Source: Nitrospirales bacterium (GTDB lineage Bacteria > Nitrospirota > Nitrospiria > Nitrospirales > UBA8639). From it: 64,000 nt of DNA. The stretch is from positions 1,408,001 to 1,472,000 of the forward strand of contig CBDCWC010000003.1 in assembly GCA_965223295.1 (NCBI GenBank). Direction: 5' to 3'. How positions within the stretch are numbered: the first letter of the stretch is position 1; each line of letters starts with the position of its first letter. The notes under the pieces were generated by a model. That model was given only the letters and a program-made list of their open reading frames with translations. It searched no databases and was not told where the DNA came from. Shown here piece by piece: positions 30,203-39,928 of this stretch. A program made the position numbers and the translations under genes.

Positions 30203-30371
30203 TTATTGTGTATTAGACGCTTGTCTCCCTAACAAGAACGAGCATTACGATTGGCGAAACCCCTTCCAAATTAAGTACATTCCTCCAAACAACCCGAGAC
30301 CTGTAACGAAAACCGCAGCAAGAAGTTCCATTAGTCTTTTCTCTCTCTCTAGACGTTATGATTTGATAGAA

Positions 30372-30386
30372 GCAAAGCCCATACCA
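30372..30386 (-). promoter_or_regulatory. Putative sigma54 promoter of the response regulator
   Basis: Minus strand TGGT-ATGGGCT-TTGC with consensus spacing. Confidence 0.5.
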
Positions 30387-30647
30387 AAAAATGAGCCTTA
30401 GGTTGACATACGAAATTCAAGACAGAATGTTCATAACTGATTGGAAAGTATGGAAATGTCGTTGAATTCTTGAAATAAAATTTTAAAATCTAAAAAATTT
30501 CCAGAGATCTAGGGGATGATTCTTGGAAAAACGGTGATCAAAAAAGATACAACGTGTATCTTTTTTTAAAAAAAAGGACTCCAGATCGGTCAGTGATGAT
30601 TTTCCTTTACGTGGTTCAGAATTTTGGAAGGTTCTCCAGAGGCAGAT

Positions 30648-33362
30648 TTATTCCTGGCGTAGGACAGACAGTGGTGGGAAGCCCAGTAGGCGGTACGTCC
30701 CAAGAAAGCCGGTCAGGAGCGTGAGCGCGATGGTCAGAAGGAGTCCAGTGAGGAGGGAGGTCGTCGTGAAAGCCCAGGTGACATCAAAAAACACAGTGAC
30801 AATTGTCCAGGAAAGCAGGCAGCCTAAAACTAACCCTACCAAGCCTGCAAATGCTCCAATGAATCCAAATTCTGTGCAGAGTGAAAACAGCAAGAGACCA
30901 CGATTGCCACCAAGGGCTTTGAGAATGGCGAGTTCATGTAATCGTCGATAGCGGTTGATTGAGATCGCTGCGACCATCACGATGGCTCCAGTGATAATGC
31001 AGAGTACCGCCAGTGCCCGGATACCGATTGCGAGTTGCCGAAAAATTTTTGCGATGTTGTCCAATACGTCCCCCACATGAATAGCGGTCACATTGGGCAT
31101 GGCTCCCACAATGGCTTGTTGCAAGGGAATTTCCATTGTGTGAGGAACCTTGGCCGTCGCGATATAGGTGAGAGGGGCGCCATCTAATGAGCCTGGTTCG
31201 GCGATCATAAAAAAATTCATGGAAAAAGAGCTCCAGTCGACGGCACGAAGACTAGAGACTTGTGCAGCAAATGGCACACCTTGAATATTTAAGGTGAATG
31301 TAGATCCCACCCGCAGTCCCAAATTTTTCGCGGCCTCTGCTTCGACCGAGACCCTTGGGAGGTCGTTTGGGGTTTGCGTCCGATCAACAAAATGTTGGGG
31401 GAGCTTGTTGTCCCACCATTCTCCTTGCGTCACAATATTATCTTTTGGAAGGGATTGGAAGGAGGTCACGACATACTCTCTCGTAAAATACCAGCCATTT
31501 CGTTTTCCCTTATGCTCTTCAGGATTGATGGAATGACCGTCAATGACGGTGAGCCTGGTGCGTACGACAGGGACTACGTCATAGGGTGAGCCTGGAATGT
31601 GTTGTTCTAACACGTGCTTGAAGGAAGCATGTTGATCAGGTTGGATATCAATGAAAAAAAACGAGGGTGCGTTGGTCGGAATTTGATTTTCGATGAGGTC
31701 AAGCAGCCTGTCCTGTACAATGACGAGAGTGGTCATGAGCATGACACCCATGCCAATGGCTAGAGTCATAGCCTTCGTGAAATTTCCAGGTCGTCGAAGA
31801 TTGTTGGTCGCATGGCGTAACAACCATCTTTGCGGAAAGGGTATGTGTCTTAGCAAAGAGAATAAGAGGCTTGTGCCACCCAGAAGGGCCCCAATGGCAA
31901 CTACAAAGGCCCCACAAAAGAACAAGCCCAGCGAAAACGAATGGGCTTGCCAGATGCTCAACCCTATCAAGCATGCGGCAATACCAAGCGTGACCATTCT
32001 TCGCATACGATCTTGCCACCAGGATTTGAGTCCTGTGATCCATCTCGTGGTCCAGCCGATGGTTTGGGCGTGAAGGTTGGGTTGATCCACATCTTGACGA
32101 AAGACAAGAGCGGGGGACACTTGGCGAATGGCCAGCAACGGCCATAGGGAAAAAGCTAGCGTCGCCAGGGTACCGAGGGCCATGCCTCGAAGAATAGGCG
32201 TCAGTGCGGGTTCCATGGCAAAGGTGTCAGGAATAATGCCCTTCAGCAAGAGAGGAAAGCCCTGGTGAAGTCCAATTCCCAGTAATACTCCCACGAGGCT
32301 GCCAATACCTCCCAAGAGCAGACTTTGCGTGAGATAGATATTCATAACTTGGGAAGAGTCGGCCCCGAGAGTTTTGAGAGTGGCAATGATAGGAACTTTT
32401 TGAGTGATAAATCCTTGAATGGTGCACGCGACACCAATGCCTCCGACCAGGAGAATCGTCAGTCCGGTCAGGCCGAGATAGAGTGTTAATTGGTCTAAAA
32501 AACGGCGAAGGCGTGGTTGGGCATCACGGTAGGAATTGACTTGAACGCCTTCTGGACTCAGGCGACCACGAAGTTCTCCCAACAATTGATTCAGATTGTG
32601 GGAGGGAGAGAGGTGTAATCGGTATCGCTCATGTATCCGGCTCCCGGTTTTGACCAGTTCCGTCTTGTCCAGCGCGGCTCGTGAAATCATGACTCGGGGT
32701 CCAAGACTAAAGCCTGTGGCAATTTTGTCTGGTTCTTTTATCAGAACCCCTGTAATCATAAAGTTGGTTTGCCCAATACGTAGCTGGCTGCCAAGATCCA
32801 AATTCAGGCGAATCAGCAAGGATTTTTGAACGATGGCACCAAAACAAGAGCGAGGTTGGCAACCTGCTTGAGCAGGTGCAAGGAGTTGATCGGTTGAGAC
32901 AGGGGGTTCGACTGCCAGTGTGCCGTAGAGGGGATACAATGTATCAAGAGCTTTGAGTTCAACGAGTTGTGACGTGGGCTGTGCATGATGACCTTGTTTT
33001 TCATCCAGTGCGATAGACGTCATGGCGGCTAACTCTGTGACGTGCGACATCACGACCTTTCGTCGAGCTAGAGAATCTAAGACCTGTTGTCCTTTGCTAC
33101 TCATCGAGCGACGCCAGGAGAGTTCGATATCGCCTCCCAAAAGACTCCTGGCGTCTCCCAAAATGGCCTGTTCAATATTCGTAGCCGAGAGGTCAACAGC
33201 CACAATGGCGCCGACTCCCAAAGCGATGCAGAGAAATAAGAACACAAAGCGGGACCAGGATCTGGCTGTTTCACGCCAGGCCAATTTTAGAGAAAAGGGT
33301 GTCATCGGGTTGAGAGATTGGCTTTTAAGAGGGATGGGACGTATCCTGAGCGATGGTGCCAT
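30648..33362 (-). CDS. YbbP-like ABC transporter permease (FtsX-type, duplicated)
   Basis: LAWRE...LCIALGVGA, LLGGD, PLYG, APSFFFIDIQPDQ, SLRAVDW motifs; start probably ATG 33305. Confidence 0.88.
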   Translation of the reverse strand: MAPSLRIRPIPLKSQSLNPMTPFSLKLAWRETARSWSRFVFLFLCIALGVGAIVAVDLSATNIEQAILGDARSLLGGDIELSWRRSMSSKGQQVLDSLARRKVVMSHVTELAAMTSIALDEKQGHHAQPTSQLVELKALDTLYPLYGTLAVEPPVSTDQLLAPAQAGCQPRSCFGAIVQKSLLIRLNLDLGSQLRIGQTNFMITGVLIKEPDKIATGFSLGPRVMISRAALDKTELVKTGSRIHERYRLHLSPSHNLNQLLGELRGRLSPEGVQVNSYRDAQPRLRRFLDQLTLYLGLTGLTILLVGGIGVACTIQGFITQKVPIIATLKTLGADSSQVMNIYLTQSLLLGGIGSLVGVLLGIGLHQGFPLLLKGIIPDTFAMEPALTPILRGMALGTLATLAFSLWPLLAIRQVSPALVFRQDVDQPNLHAQTIGWTTRWITGLKSWWQDRMRRMVTLGIAACLIGLSIWQAHSFSLGLFFCGAFVVAIGALLGGTSLLFSLLRHIPFPQRWLLRHATNNLRRPGNFTKAMTLAIGMGVMLMTTLVIVQDRLLDLIENQIPTNAPSFFFIDIQPDQHASFKHVLEQHIPGSPYDVVPVVRTRLTVIDGHSINPEEHKGKRNGWYFTREYVVTSFQSLPKDNIVTQGEWWDNKLPQHFVDRTQTPNDLPRVSVEAEAAKNLGLRVGSTFTLNIQGVPFAAQVSSLRAVDWSSFSMNFFMIAEPGSLDGAPLTYIATAKVPHTMEIPLQQAIVGAMPNVTAIHVGDVLDNIAKIFRQLAIGIRALAVLCIITGAIVMVAAISINRYRRLHELAILKALGGNRGLLLFSLCTEFGFIGAFAGLVGLVLGCLLSWTIVTVFFDVTWAFTTTSLLTGLLLTIALTLLTGFLGTYRLLGFPPLSVLRQE

Positions 33363-34062
33363 CTTGTAACGTGAGAATACGTTGAGCGCGAGCCGCCAGT
33401 GCCATGTCGTGTGTGACCAGGATTAACGTGCTGTTGTGCTGCTCATGGAGTTGCCATAGGAGGTCAATCACTAGGTTTCCAGTGGCACTGTCCAGATTGC
33501 CTGTAGGTTCGTCAGCGAGAAGAAGAGGAGGCTGACAAATAAAAGCCCTGGCCAAAGCCACTCGCTGCTGCTCACCTCCAGAAAGTTGAACCGGGTAATG
33601 ATGTAGACGCTGGTCTAGCCCGACAGCATGGAGGAGCGTCTTCGCGCGTTCGCTACCGGTTGGCAGTCCCTGAAGTTCCAGTGGAAGAGCAACATTTTCC
33701 AGGGCTGTTAACGTTGGAATAAGATGAAATGCTTGAAAGACATATCCAATATATTGGCGCCGAAAGTGTGCCATCTCTGTTTCAGAGAGGCTGGTGATGT
33801 TCGTCCCGTGAATGTAAATATCGCCTTGCGAGGGTCGATCAAGCCCAGCCAGAAGGCCTAGTAGCGTGGATTTGCCACTTCCTGATGGTCCAACAATAGC
33901 CAAGACTTGATTGGCCGGAACGTCAAAGGAGATATTTTGTAAAATCTGAATAGGCAAATTGTCAGCCGAGAGTTGCATGTTCAGCTGCTTGACAGAAATA
34001 AAGGGCTGACCCGATGGCGACTCTGTTGAAAGCAATGGCGAATCCGATGAAGAACTTTGCAC
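33325..34062 (-). CDS. YbbA-like ABC transporter ATP-binding protein
   Basis: GPSGSGKST, LSGGEQQRV, LLADEPTGNLD, VTHD. Confidence 0.92.
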   Translation of the reverse strand: MQSSSSDSPLLSTESPSGQPFISVKQLNMQLSADNLPIQILQNISFDVPANQVLAIVGPSGSGKSTLLGLLAGLDRPSQGDIYIHGTNITSLSETEMAHFRRQYIGYVFQAFHLIPTLTALENVALPLELQGLPTGSERAKTLLHAVGLDQRLHHYPVQLSGGEQQRVALARAFICQPPLLLADEPTGNLDSATGNLVIDLLWQLHEQHNSTLILVTHDMALAARAQRILTLQDGTIAQDTSHPS

Positions 34063-34102
34063 GGTGTGTTAATGATTAAATCAGGTGCGGGAAATATTGA
34101 AA

Positions 34103-34291
34103 GGGAGTGTTGAAAAAAGCGCCAGCGACGTTCTCGACATTTTTCCGTGCTCACGTTGTCCCAGTACGCTCCGCATGCAAAAATAGCTGCGGCCTTGCTG
34201 GACGGACTTTTTTGACCATTTTCGTCGAATTGACGTCACCAGTGCTCCGGGGGTCTTTCTGTAAACTGAAATTGAGTTATTCAAGGGTCAC
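34103..34291. mobile_element. MITE family A copy 3 (189 bp)
   Basis: GGGAGTGTTGAAAAAA...TTATTCAAGGGTCAC; TGAAA duplicated on both flanks. Confidence 0.8.
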
Positions 34292-34295
34292 TGAA

Positions 34296-35063
34296 ATGAA
34301 GGTTCTGTCTCATATTCTTTGTAATGTCATTATCTTATCAGGCACAGTTCTTTTCTGTCTGGTTTTCTGGGGCTGTGATGGGCAAAACGACTCTCCCGTA
34401 GATGTTATTCAGGGAGAGGATACATCTCAAAGGAGAAACATGAGAGAGGATGTGAGTTCATCGCCTCAGTCAAAGGAATCAATTGGGGAGGTTGTCCCTC
34501 GAATTGTTGCGTTTGGTGATAGTTTGACGGCTGGCCTAGGTGTCCCATCAGGTGACGCCTATCCTGAACAATTAGCCAGGTGGCTAAAAGAACAGGGATA
34601 CCATTATGAGGTGATTAATGCCGGAGTTTCAGCTGATACGTCGGCCGGTGGATTGCGACGCGTTGAGTGGATTTTGAAGAGCCATCCGACCCTCGTCATT
34701 TTAGAATTGGGTGCTAACGACGGTCTTCGAGGCCAATCCCTGACAGAAACCTATAAAAATCTTCATGCAATCATTAGTCGTTTGAAGGCGGAAGGTGTGG
34801 TTGTTGTGCTCGCGGGTATGCGTATTCCTCTAAATTATGGGAAGGACTATACTCGTGAATTTTCTCAAATGTATAGACGACTGGCCCAGGAGCACGATGT
34901 CGCGCTGATTCCATTTTTTTTGGAAGGCGTTGCGACTCATCGACATTTAAACCAGAGTGACGGTATTCATCCTACGGGAGAAGGATATTCAATTGTGGTG
35001 CAGAATGTTTGGACAACTATACAACCCATTCTTGAGGGATTAGCTCTTCGGGGGCAGAAATAA
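34296..35063 (+). CDS. tesA: Arylesterase / acyl-CoA thioesterase I (SGNH hydrolase), probable lipoprotein
   Basis: GDSLTAG, NAGVS, ELGAND, DGIHP; divergent from the ybbAP-like genes; the upstream 63 codons in the track are MITE sequence. Confidence 0.85.
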   Translation: MKVLSHILCNVIILSGTVLFCLVFWGCDGQNDSPVDVIQGEDTSQRRNMREDVSSSPQSKESIGEVVPRIVAFGDSLTAGLGVPSGDAYPEQLARWLKEQGYHYEVINAGVSADTSAGGLRRVEWILKSHPTLVILELGANDGLRGQSLTETYKNLHAIISRLKAEGVVVVLAGMRIPLNYGKDYTREFSQMYRRLAQEHDVALIPFFLEGVATHRHLNQSDGIHPTGEGYSIVVQNVWTTIQPILEGLALRGQK

Positions 35064-35148
35064 ATTGCCCTTCTTCAGGGTAGAAGAAGGGCAACAGAAA
35101 TTTTTTCGGGCAGGATGGTTTCTTTGTCCTGAATCGGAATGAAGCAGA

Positions 35149-35310
35149 TCAGGTTTTAAAGAAAATATCGTAGGCACCGTAGGCAAGGATAACAGCAATG
35201 GTACCATAGAACATAGCTGTGATGCCTTCATACCCTCCACCAGGAGCATTGGCCATAGCTGGTGCAGCTGCTAACAGAAACATTGTACATAGCGTGAAAA
35301 TCCGACTCAT
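35149..35310 (-). CDS. Small 53-aa membrane protein (below the ORF-track cutoff)
   Basis: MSRIFTLCTMFLLAAAPAMANAPGGGYEGITAMFYGTIAVILAYGAYDIFFKT; GAGGG RBS; signal peptide (AMA) plus one TM helix. Confidence 0.6.
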   Translation of the reverse strand: MSRIFTLCTMFLLAAAPAMANAPGGGYEGITAMFYGTIAVILAYGAYDIFFKT

Positions 35311-35564
35311 AGGATAACCCTCACTTTCTTACTGAAGACATAGATCTGTAAATGTCAGGCATCTTTATCTTTTCAAAAACTTACGAGATTGTAGACAATT
35401 TTATTTCTAGGATGCAAGTAAAAATAAGCGAAATACACTAAATTTATATATTTAAATTTAAATACATATATTAATGCCGGTTTACCCACGTCAGAAAGAG
35501 TTAGGAATATTCTTTGAGGAGTGTATTCCCTGAGGTTGGCTCGGTCCCGATGTCTTTGAAGAGA

Positions 35565-35810
35565 CTATGGTTCAAGACGCGAATGAGATCCATCACAAAA
35601 GGGTGGTTTCTTGCTGTGCTTACATCCGCACCATGCCATCTTCTTTTTTTCTGTGATTTCAACTTCCATAGGAGACAAGTCAGTTCCTGTGTGTGATCCA
35701 TCACAGAAAGGCTGGGTTTTAGAACGGCCACATTGGCACCAATAATATGTCCCTGGTTCCATGTCCATGACATAGGGTGTGCGTTGTGGAATAACGATTG
35801 AATCAGCCAT
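35565..35810 (-). CDS. CDGSH iron-sulfur domain protein (two motifs)
   Basis: WCQCGRSKTQPFCDGSH and WCGCKHSKKPPFCDGSH; AAGGAGG RBS. Confidence 0.93.
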   Translation of the reverse strand: MADSIVIPQRTPYVMDMEPGTYYWCQCGRSKTQPFCDGSHTGTDLSPMEVEITEKKKMAWCGCKHSKKPPFCDGSHSRLEP

Positions 35811-35863
35811 GTTTTCCTCCTTAAAAATGAAGGGAATTTTGTCAGTTCATCATAAAAATTTGT

Positions 35864-36865
35864 TCAACATTTCGCTTGAATGCCGTTGGGGCCCAAGGAT
35901 GTCAGCCAGAGAAAATCGGCAATACCATTCTTGAGTTCAGCCAGAACGTCGTCTTTTTTTGAGGGATCCCACGCGACTAAATAAATGGTCATCATTTTGG
36001 CATCAGGCTGGGTGCGTTTGACACGTTTGGGAACGGGAATATGATATTGAATATGGCCTCCTCCGGTATAGCTGACCAGCGGACCTTCGGACGAAGATTT
36101 ATCAGCAAGATATTTCCCGATGATTTGTGCCATTCCTTCGTCACGGAAAATGGATGCTTCAAAAATTCGTCGATATACATGGTCTGGCATCCCGGCATGG
36201 CAGGCAGTGATTTGTTCAAAGATCAGGTTCTCATATTCGGCATCATCTGTGACGAGATCGGCAATAGGCCATGTAGTCATTTTCGGATCGCTCATCGCCT
36301 TGGTTAAACCCTGAGTCGCGACCAACCGAACCAGAGAACGGGGAGGATTTAGTGCCAACAGATCCAGTTGATGTGATTTCGCAAACGTAACCAGCGGTTG
36401 GTAATCAGTAAATTTTCCACCCCAATTGTCACTCCAATTTGATTCACTGATTACCTCTTCAAGGGTAGAGTCGGGATTGTGGATATAACGATCCAGCCCC
36501 GGCTGCCCATCCCAACTAAACATTTCCATAGCTAGGGCAGGTTGGCGTTGATGTGCGAGCAAGTTCTTGAGAACTGTTTGTGCGGCTTCGAGATGTGATG
36601 GTGTGTAATGTTCTTCACCCAGAAAAATGACATCCGCATCTAAGAGATAAGGGACGAGACCCTCAGTGGTGATCAGCCGTTGTTCTGTAACATGATAAAT
36701 TTGGCCTGCTTCAAGTGTTGGTGTCGCATGCAGTGTACTACATCCTGATGACCCGAACTGAAAGATTGTCCCTAACACGCACAGGAGGGCCAATGGCCGT
36801 ATATGATGAATCATGAAAACGTCCAGCATGGAGGATGGTGTACCATAGTCTTCAGACCGGGGCAA
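35864..36865 (-). CDS. ChaN-family (haem-binding/iron-regulated) lipoprotein
   Basis: DVIFLGEEH, LAMEMF, YQPLV, RDEGMA, GGGH motifs; lipobox SSGC; start probably later than the track call. Confidence 0.8.
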   Translation of the reverse strand: MPRSEDYGTPSSMLDVFMIHHIRPLALLCVLGTIFQFGSSGCSTLHATPTLEAGQIYHVTEQRLITTEGLVPYLLDADVIFLGEEHYTPSHLEAAQTVLKNLLAHQRQPALAMEMFSWDGQPGLDRYIHNPDSTLEEVISESNWSDNWGGKFTDYQPLVTFAKSHQLDLLALNPPRSLVRLVATQGLTKAMSDPKMTTWPIADLVTDDAEYENLIFEQITACHAGMPDHVYRRIFEASIFRDEGMAQIIGKYLADKSSSEGPLVSYTGGGHIQYHIPVPKRVKRTQPDAKMMTIYLVAWDPSKKDDVLAELKNGIADFLWLTSLGPNGIQAKC

Positions 36866-36977
36866 TATTTGGAACGAGGAATTTTTCTTGTGTCATTCTC
36901 ATAGGGCCAGTTATGGTGATACGCATGATGAAGGTATGTGAGAAACCTCTTGAGGAAGAAGTTTTTGTAGGTCATTA

Positions 36978-38279
36978 ATGTTGGATATTTCAGCATTTCG
37001 CGCACAAGTAAAAGAGATCCGAGAGTCGTTTCCGCATCATTGGGAAGCCAGTCGAAAGCTCATGGCTCCAGAATCTTTAGCCGCGACGCTCCCTTCGCTT
37101 ATCGACTCAATTCAACAAGCCTCGATTGGCCAACCTCTCCAACGACGTTTAATTGATGTGTTGGAACAATTTGGGAAACAAGCCAAAACCAAACAGGTGC
37201 GTGACGCTTTAAAAGATCTGACGGGGTTGCCGCCCTCTAAGGCTGTTCGTGCGTTAATTGTGTGGGGCCTTATGGCAAATCAAGAAAGGAGCGACGAAGT
37301 TGGGGACTCTCTTTCCGGAGCCCAACTCGAACGCTATGTGCGAGAAGGCCATAATCCCTATGATGTGCTGCTGCATGCTCGAGCCCCTTCTTTGCTTGAT
37401 ATTGGGGCAGGTGATTTAACATTTGAACAGGAATTAGTTGATCAATATCTTCCTCAATTACGGGGCCAATCCAAATCTCTGACCCTTCACGCCTTTGATC
37501 GGTTAACGCCTGGCTCGCAAGTCGGTGGGGTCTATCATAAAAACCAGGAGCGTGAGCAGTATTTAAAAAATTTTCCTGTAGAAGAGTTGAACTACAAATT
37601 TTGGGGGGGAATGGATCTCGAGAAATTTTGCCATGCGAAGGGTAGTTTGCCACGATACACTATTGCGACTTGTCATGCCCCTGCCAATCCTACATTTGCG
37701 TTTGAGCCAACCCGCTTTGACTCACACGTGATTCTTAAGCATCTGCAAGCAACCCGTGGCCAATTCAACCTGACTCGCTTTGATGGAGAGAAGGTATTAG
37801 AAGTGTCTCATCATGGGCAAACTCTCACGTTCCCGCCATGGAAATTCGATGTTGTTGGGCCCTTGGCGTTGTTGCAGACTATGGGGATTCGATCACGAAT
37901 GGGGGTGTTACCTGCGATTGATGATGAAGTGTTTTGGGAAATATTGAGTCAGTTATTGAAGGACGATGTCTATCGCCCCCACAACATTCTTTTTACTCCA
38001 GAGAACCTTCCAAAAATCTTCGGGGATGTCTATCATGACTTGTCTTTATTGGCAGTTGGTGAAAAAATAGACCTGTCGACGGTTGTCGATATCCGAATGT
38101 GTCTTTCTATGCACAGAACTTCTTTTGGAAAGACCGTAGCACCGGTCAAAATTCGCTATATAGAAGTTCGGCGAGGTGCCGTATGGGAGGGATTGCCCAG
38201 CAGTTTTACTGCACGCCAATTTTCTCGTATGGCAGAAGAATCCACACCCTGGTGGATTATCTTTGTGACAGATGTTTAG
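36978..38279 (+). CDS. Hypothetical protein with SAM-binding-like motif
   Basis: LLDIGAGDLTFE Rossmann motif; 433-aa ORF. Confidence 0.65.
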   Translation: MLDISAFRAQVKEIRESFPHHWEASRKLMAPESLAATLPSLIDSIQQASIGQPLQRRLIDVLEQFGKQAKTKQVRDALKDLTGLPPSKAVRALIVWGLMANQERSDEVGDSLSGAQLERYVREGHNPYDVLLHARAPSLLDIGAGDLTFEQELVDQYLPQLRGQSKSLTLHAFDRLTPGSQVGGVYHKNQEREQYLKNFPVEELNYKFWGGMDLEKFCHAKGSLPRYTIATCHAPANPTFAFEPTRFDSHVILKHLQATRGQFNLTRFDGEKVLEVSHHGQTLTFPPWKFDVVGPLALLQTMGIRSRMGVLPAIDDEVFWEILSQLLKDDVYRPHNILFTPENLPKIFGDVYHDLSLLAVGEKIDLSTVVDIRMCLSMHRTSFGKTVAPVKIRYIEVRRGAVWEGLPSSFTARQFSRMAEESTPWWIIFVTDV

Positions 38280-38344
38280 ACAAAGGAACAAATAAGATAG
38301 AATAAAATTTGAGAAATGGGCAGGAGGAAATCGGAAAGAAAAAA

Positions 38345-38419
38345 TGGAGCGGGAAAGGGGATTTGAACCCCCGACCCTCGCCTTGGCAAGGCGATGCTCT
38401 ACCACTGAGCTATTCCCGC
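38345..38419 (-). tRNA. tRNA-Gly(GCC)
   Basis: Reverse complement GCGGGAATAGCTCAGTGGTAGAGCATCGCCTTGCCAAGGCGAGGGTCGGGGGTTCAAATCCCCTTTCCCGCTCCA. Confidence 0.97.
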
Positions 38420-38441
38420 TCTCTGAAGGAAGATGACTTTG

Positions 38442-38470
38442 ATTCTAGTGGGCGCCCTATGGCCTGTCAA
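38442..38470 (-). promoter_or_regulatory. Sigma70 promoter of tRNA-Gly
   Basis: TTGACA-17 nt-TAGAAT on the minus strand. Confidence 0.75.
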
Positions 38471-38574
38471 GGAATGGTCTAATGCGAGAGACTCATTTTG
38501 GTTCTTAAGAAAAATATTCGGAATTCCGAAAAGATAGACACAAAATACCTCGTTAATCTAAGGAGAAAGACAAT

Positions 38575-39906
38575 ATGTATATTAGCGTGATTGGCACGGG
38601 ATACGTGGGGTTAGTCACGGGAGCCTGTTTTGCAGAATTTGGACTGAATGTGCTTTGCATGGATTTGGATGAAAAGCGGATTGCTTCTCTGGAAAAGGGA
38701 AAAGTTCCGTTTTTTGAACCGGGCCTGGCTGAATTGGTGGAGAAAAATATCCAGGCAGGACGTTTACGGTTTACGACGGATTTAAATAAAGCTGTAGACG
38801 AAGCCCTAGCAATTTTTATTGCCGTAGGAACGCCTTCGCGACCGGACGGATCGGCTGACTTGTCTTTTGTCGATGAAGTAGCGCGAAGTGTGGGATCACG
38901 TATGACGGGCTATAAAGTCGTGATTACGAAGTCGACCGTGCCGGTTGGAACGGCAGTCCGGGTCAAAAAACTCATTGAAGAAAATCAAACGAAGCCGTGT
39001 AATTTTGGTGTGGTGTCAAATCCCGAATTTCTCAGGGAAGGTTCCGCTATTGAAGATTTTATGCGTCCCAATCGGGTCGTGATAGGTGCTGACAGTCAGG
39101 CTTCAGTGGCCATCATGAAGGATCTGTACCGCCCTTTGTACCTGATAGATGCGCCAATCGTCATTACCGATATTCCCACTGCGGAGGTTATTAAATATGC
39201 CTCCAATGTGTTTTTAGCCACCAAAATTTCATTTATCAATGATATGGCAAACTTGTGTGAGAGGGTGGGGGCAGATGTGCAAATGGTTTCCAAGGGAATG
39301 GGTTTGGATAAACGAATTGGATCAAAATTTTTACATGCTGGCCCGGGTTATGGAGGATCCTGTTTTGGAAAAGATACTGCGGCGCTAATCAATATTGGGG
39401 CCGAAGCTGGTTACGAAATGACCATCGCCAAGGCAACCAAGCAGGTGAATGAGCAGCAAAGGACTCGAATGCTGGAAAAGATTGGGGAGGCTATGGGAGA
39501 CTTGAAGGGAAAAACAATTGGACTCTTGGGGCTGGCGTTTAAACCCAATACTGACGATATTCGAGATTCTCCGGCACTGGCTATTGCGGAAGAACTGATG
39601 AAAGCAGGGGGCACCGTACGGACCTATGACCCAGAAGCGTTAGAAGAGTCCATGAAGGTGCTGCCGGATATGGTGGCTTGTCAAGATGCCTATCAGACTG
39701 TGGAAGGTGCTGATGCTGTCGTCCTTGTCACAGAATGGAATCAGTTCAGGAATCTGGATTTTGAGCAGATCAAATCCAAGGTCAAATCTCCAATCTTTAT
39801 CGACCTTCGAAATGTTTATGAGCCTGAGCGTATGGCTGAGCAGGGATTCTACTATGTATCAGTTGGTCGAAAAGCGGCTGGAAAGAACCCCTTGAAGCAA
39901 AGTTGA
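38575..39906 (+). CDS. ugd: UDP-glucose 6-dehydrogenase
   Basis: GTGYVG, KSTVPVG, SNPEFLREG, GYGGSCF, FKPNTDD. Confidence 0.93.
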   Translation: MYISVIGTGYVGLVTGACFAEFGLNVLCMDLDEKRIASLEKGKVPFFEPGLAELVEKNIQAGRLRFTTDLNKAVDEALAIFIAVGTPSRPDGSADLSFVDEVARSVGSRMTGYKVVITKSTVPVGTAVRVKKLIEENQTKPCNFGVVSNPEFLREGSAIEDFMRPNRVVIGADSQASVAIMKDLYRPLYLIDAPIVITDIPTAEVIKYASNVFLATKISFINDMANLCERVGADVQMVSKGMGLDKRIGSKFLHAGPGYGGSCFGKDTAALINIGAEAGYEMTIAKATKQVNEQQRTRMLEKIGEAMGDLKGKTIGLLGLAFKPNTDDIRDSPALAIAEELMKAGGTVRTYDPEALEESMKVLPDMVACQDAYQTVEGADAVVLVTEWNQFRNLDFEQIKSKVKSPIFIDLRNVYEPERMAEQGFYYVSVGRKAAGKNPLKQS

Positions 39907-39928
39907 GCGAGAAAAGGCTTGTAGAACA

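Noticed and set aside
34107-34295. N-terminal 63 aa of the 318-aa arylesterase ORF
   Set aside because: Derived from MITE copy 3; the signal peptide starts at ATG 34296
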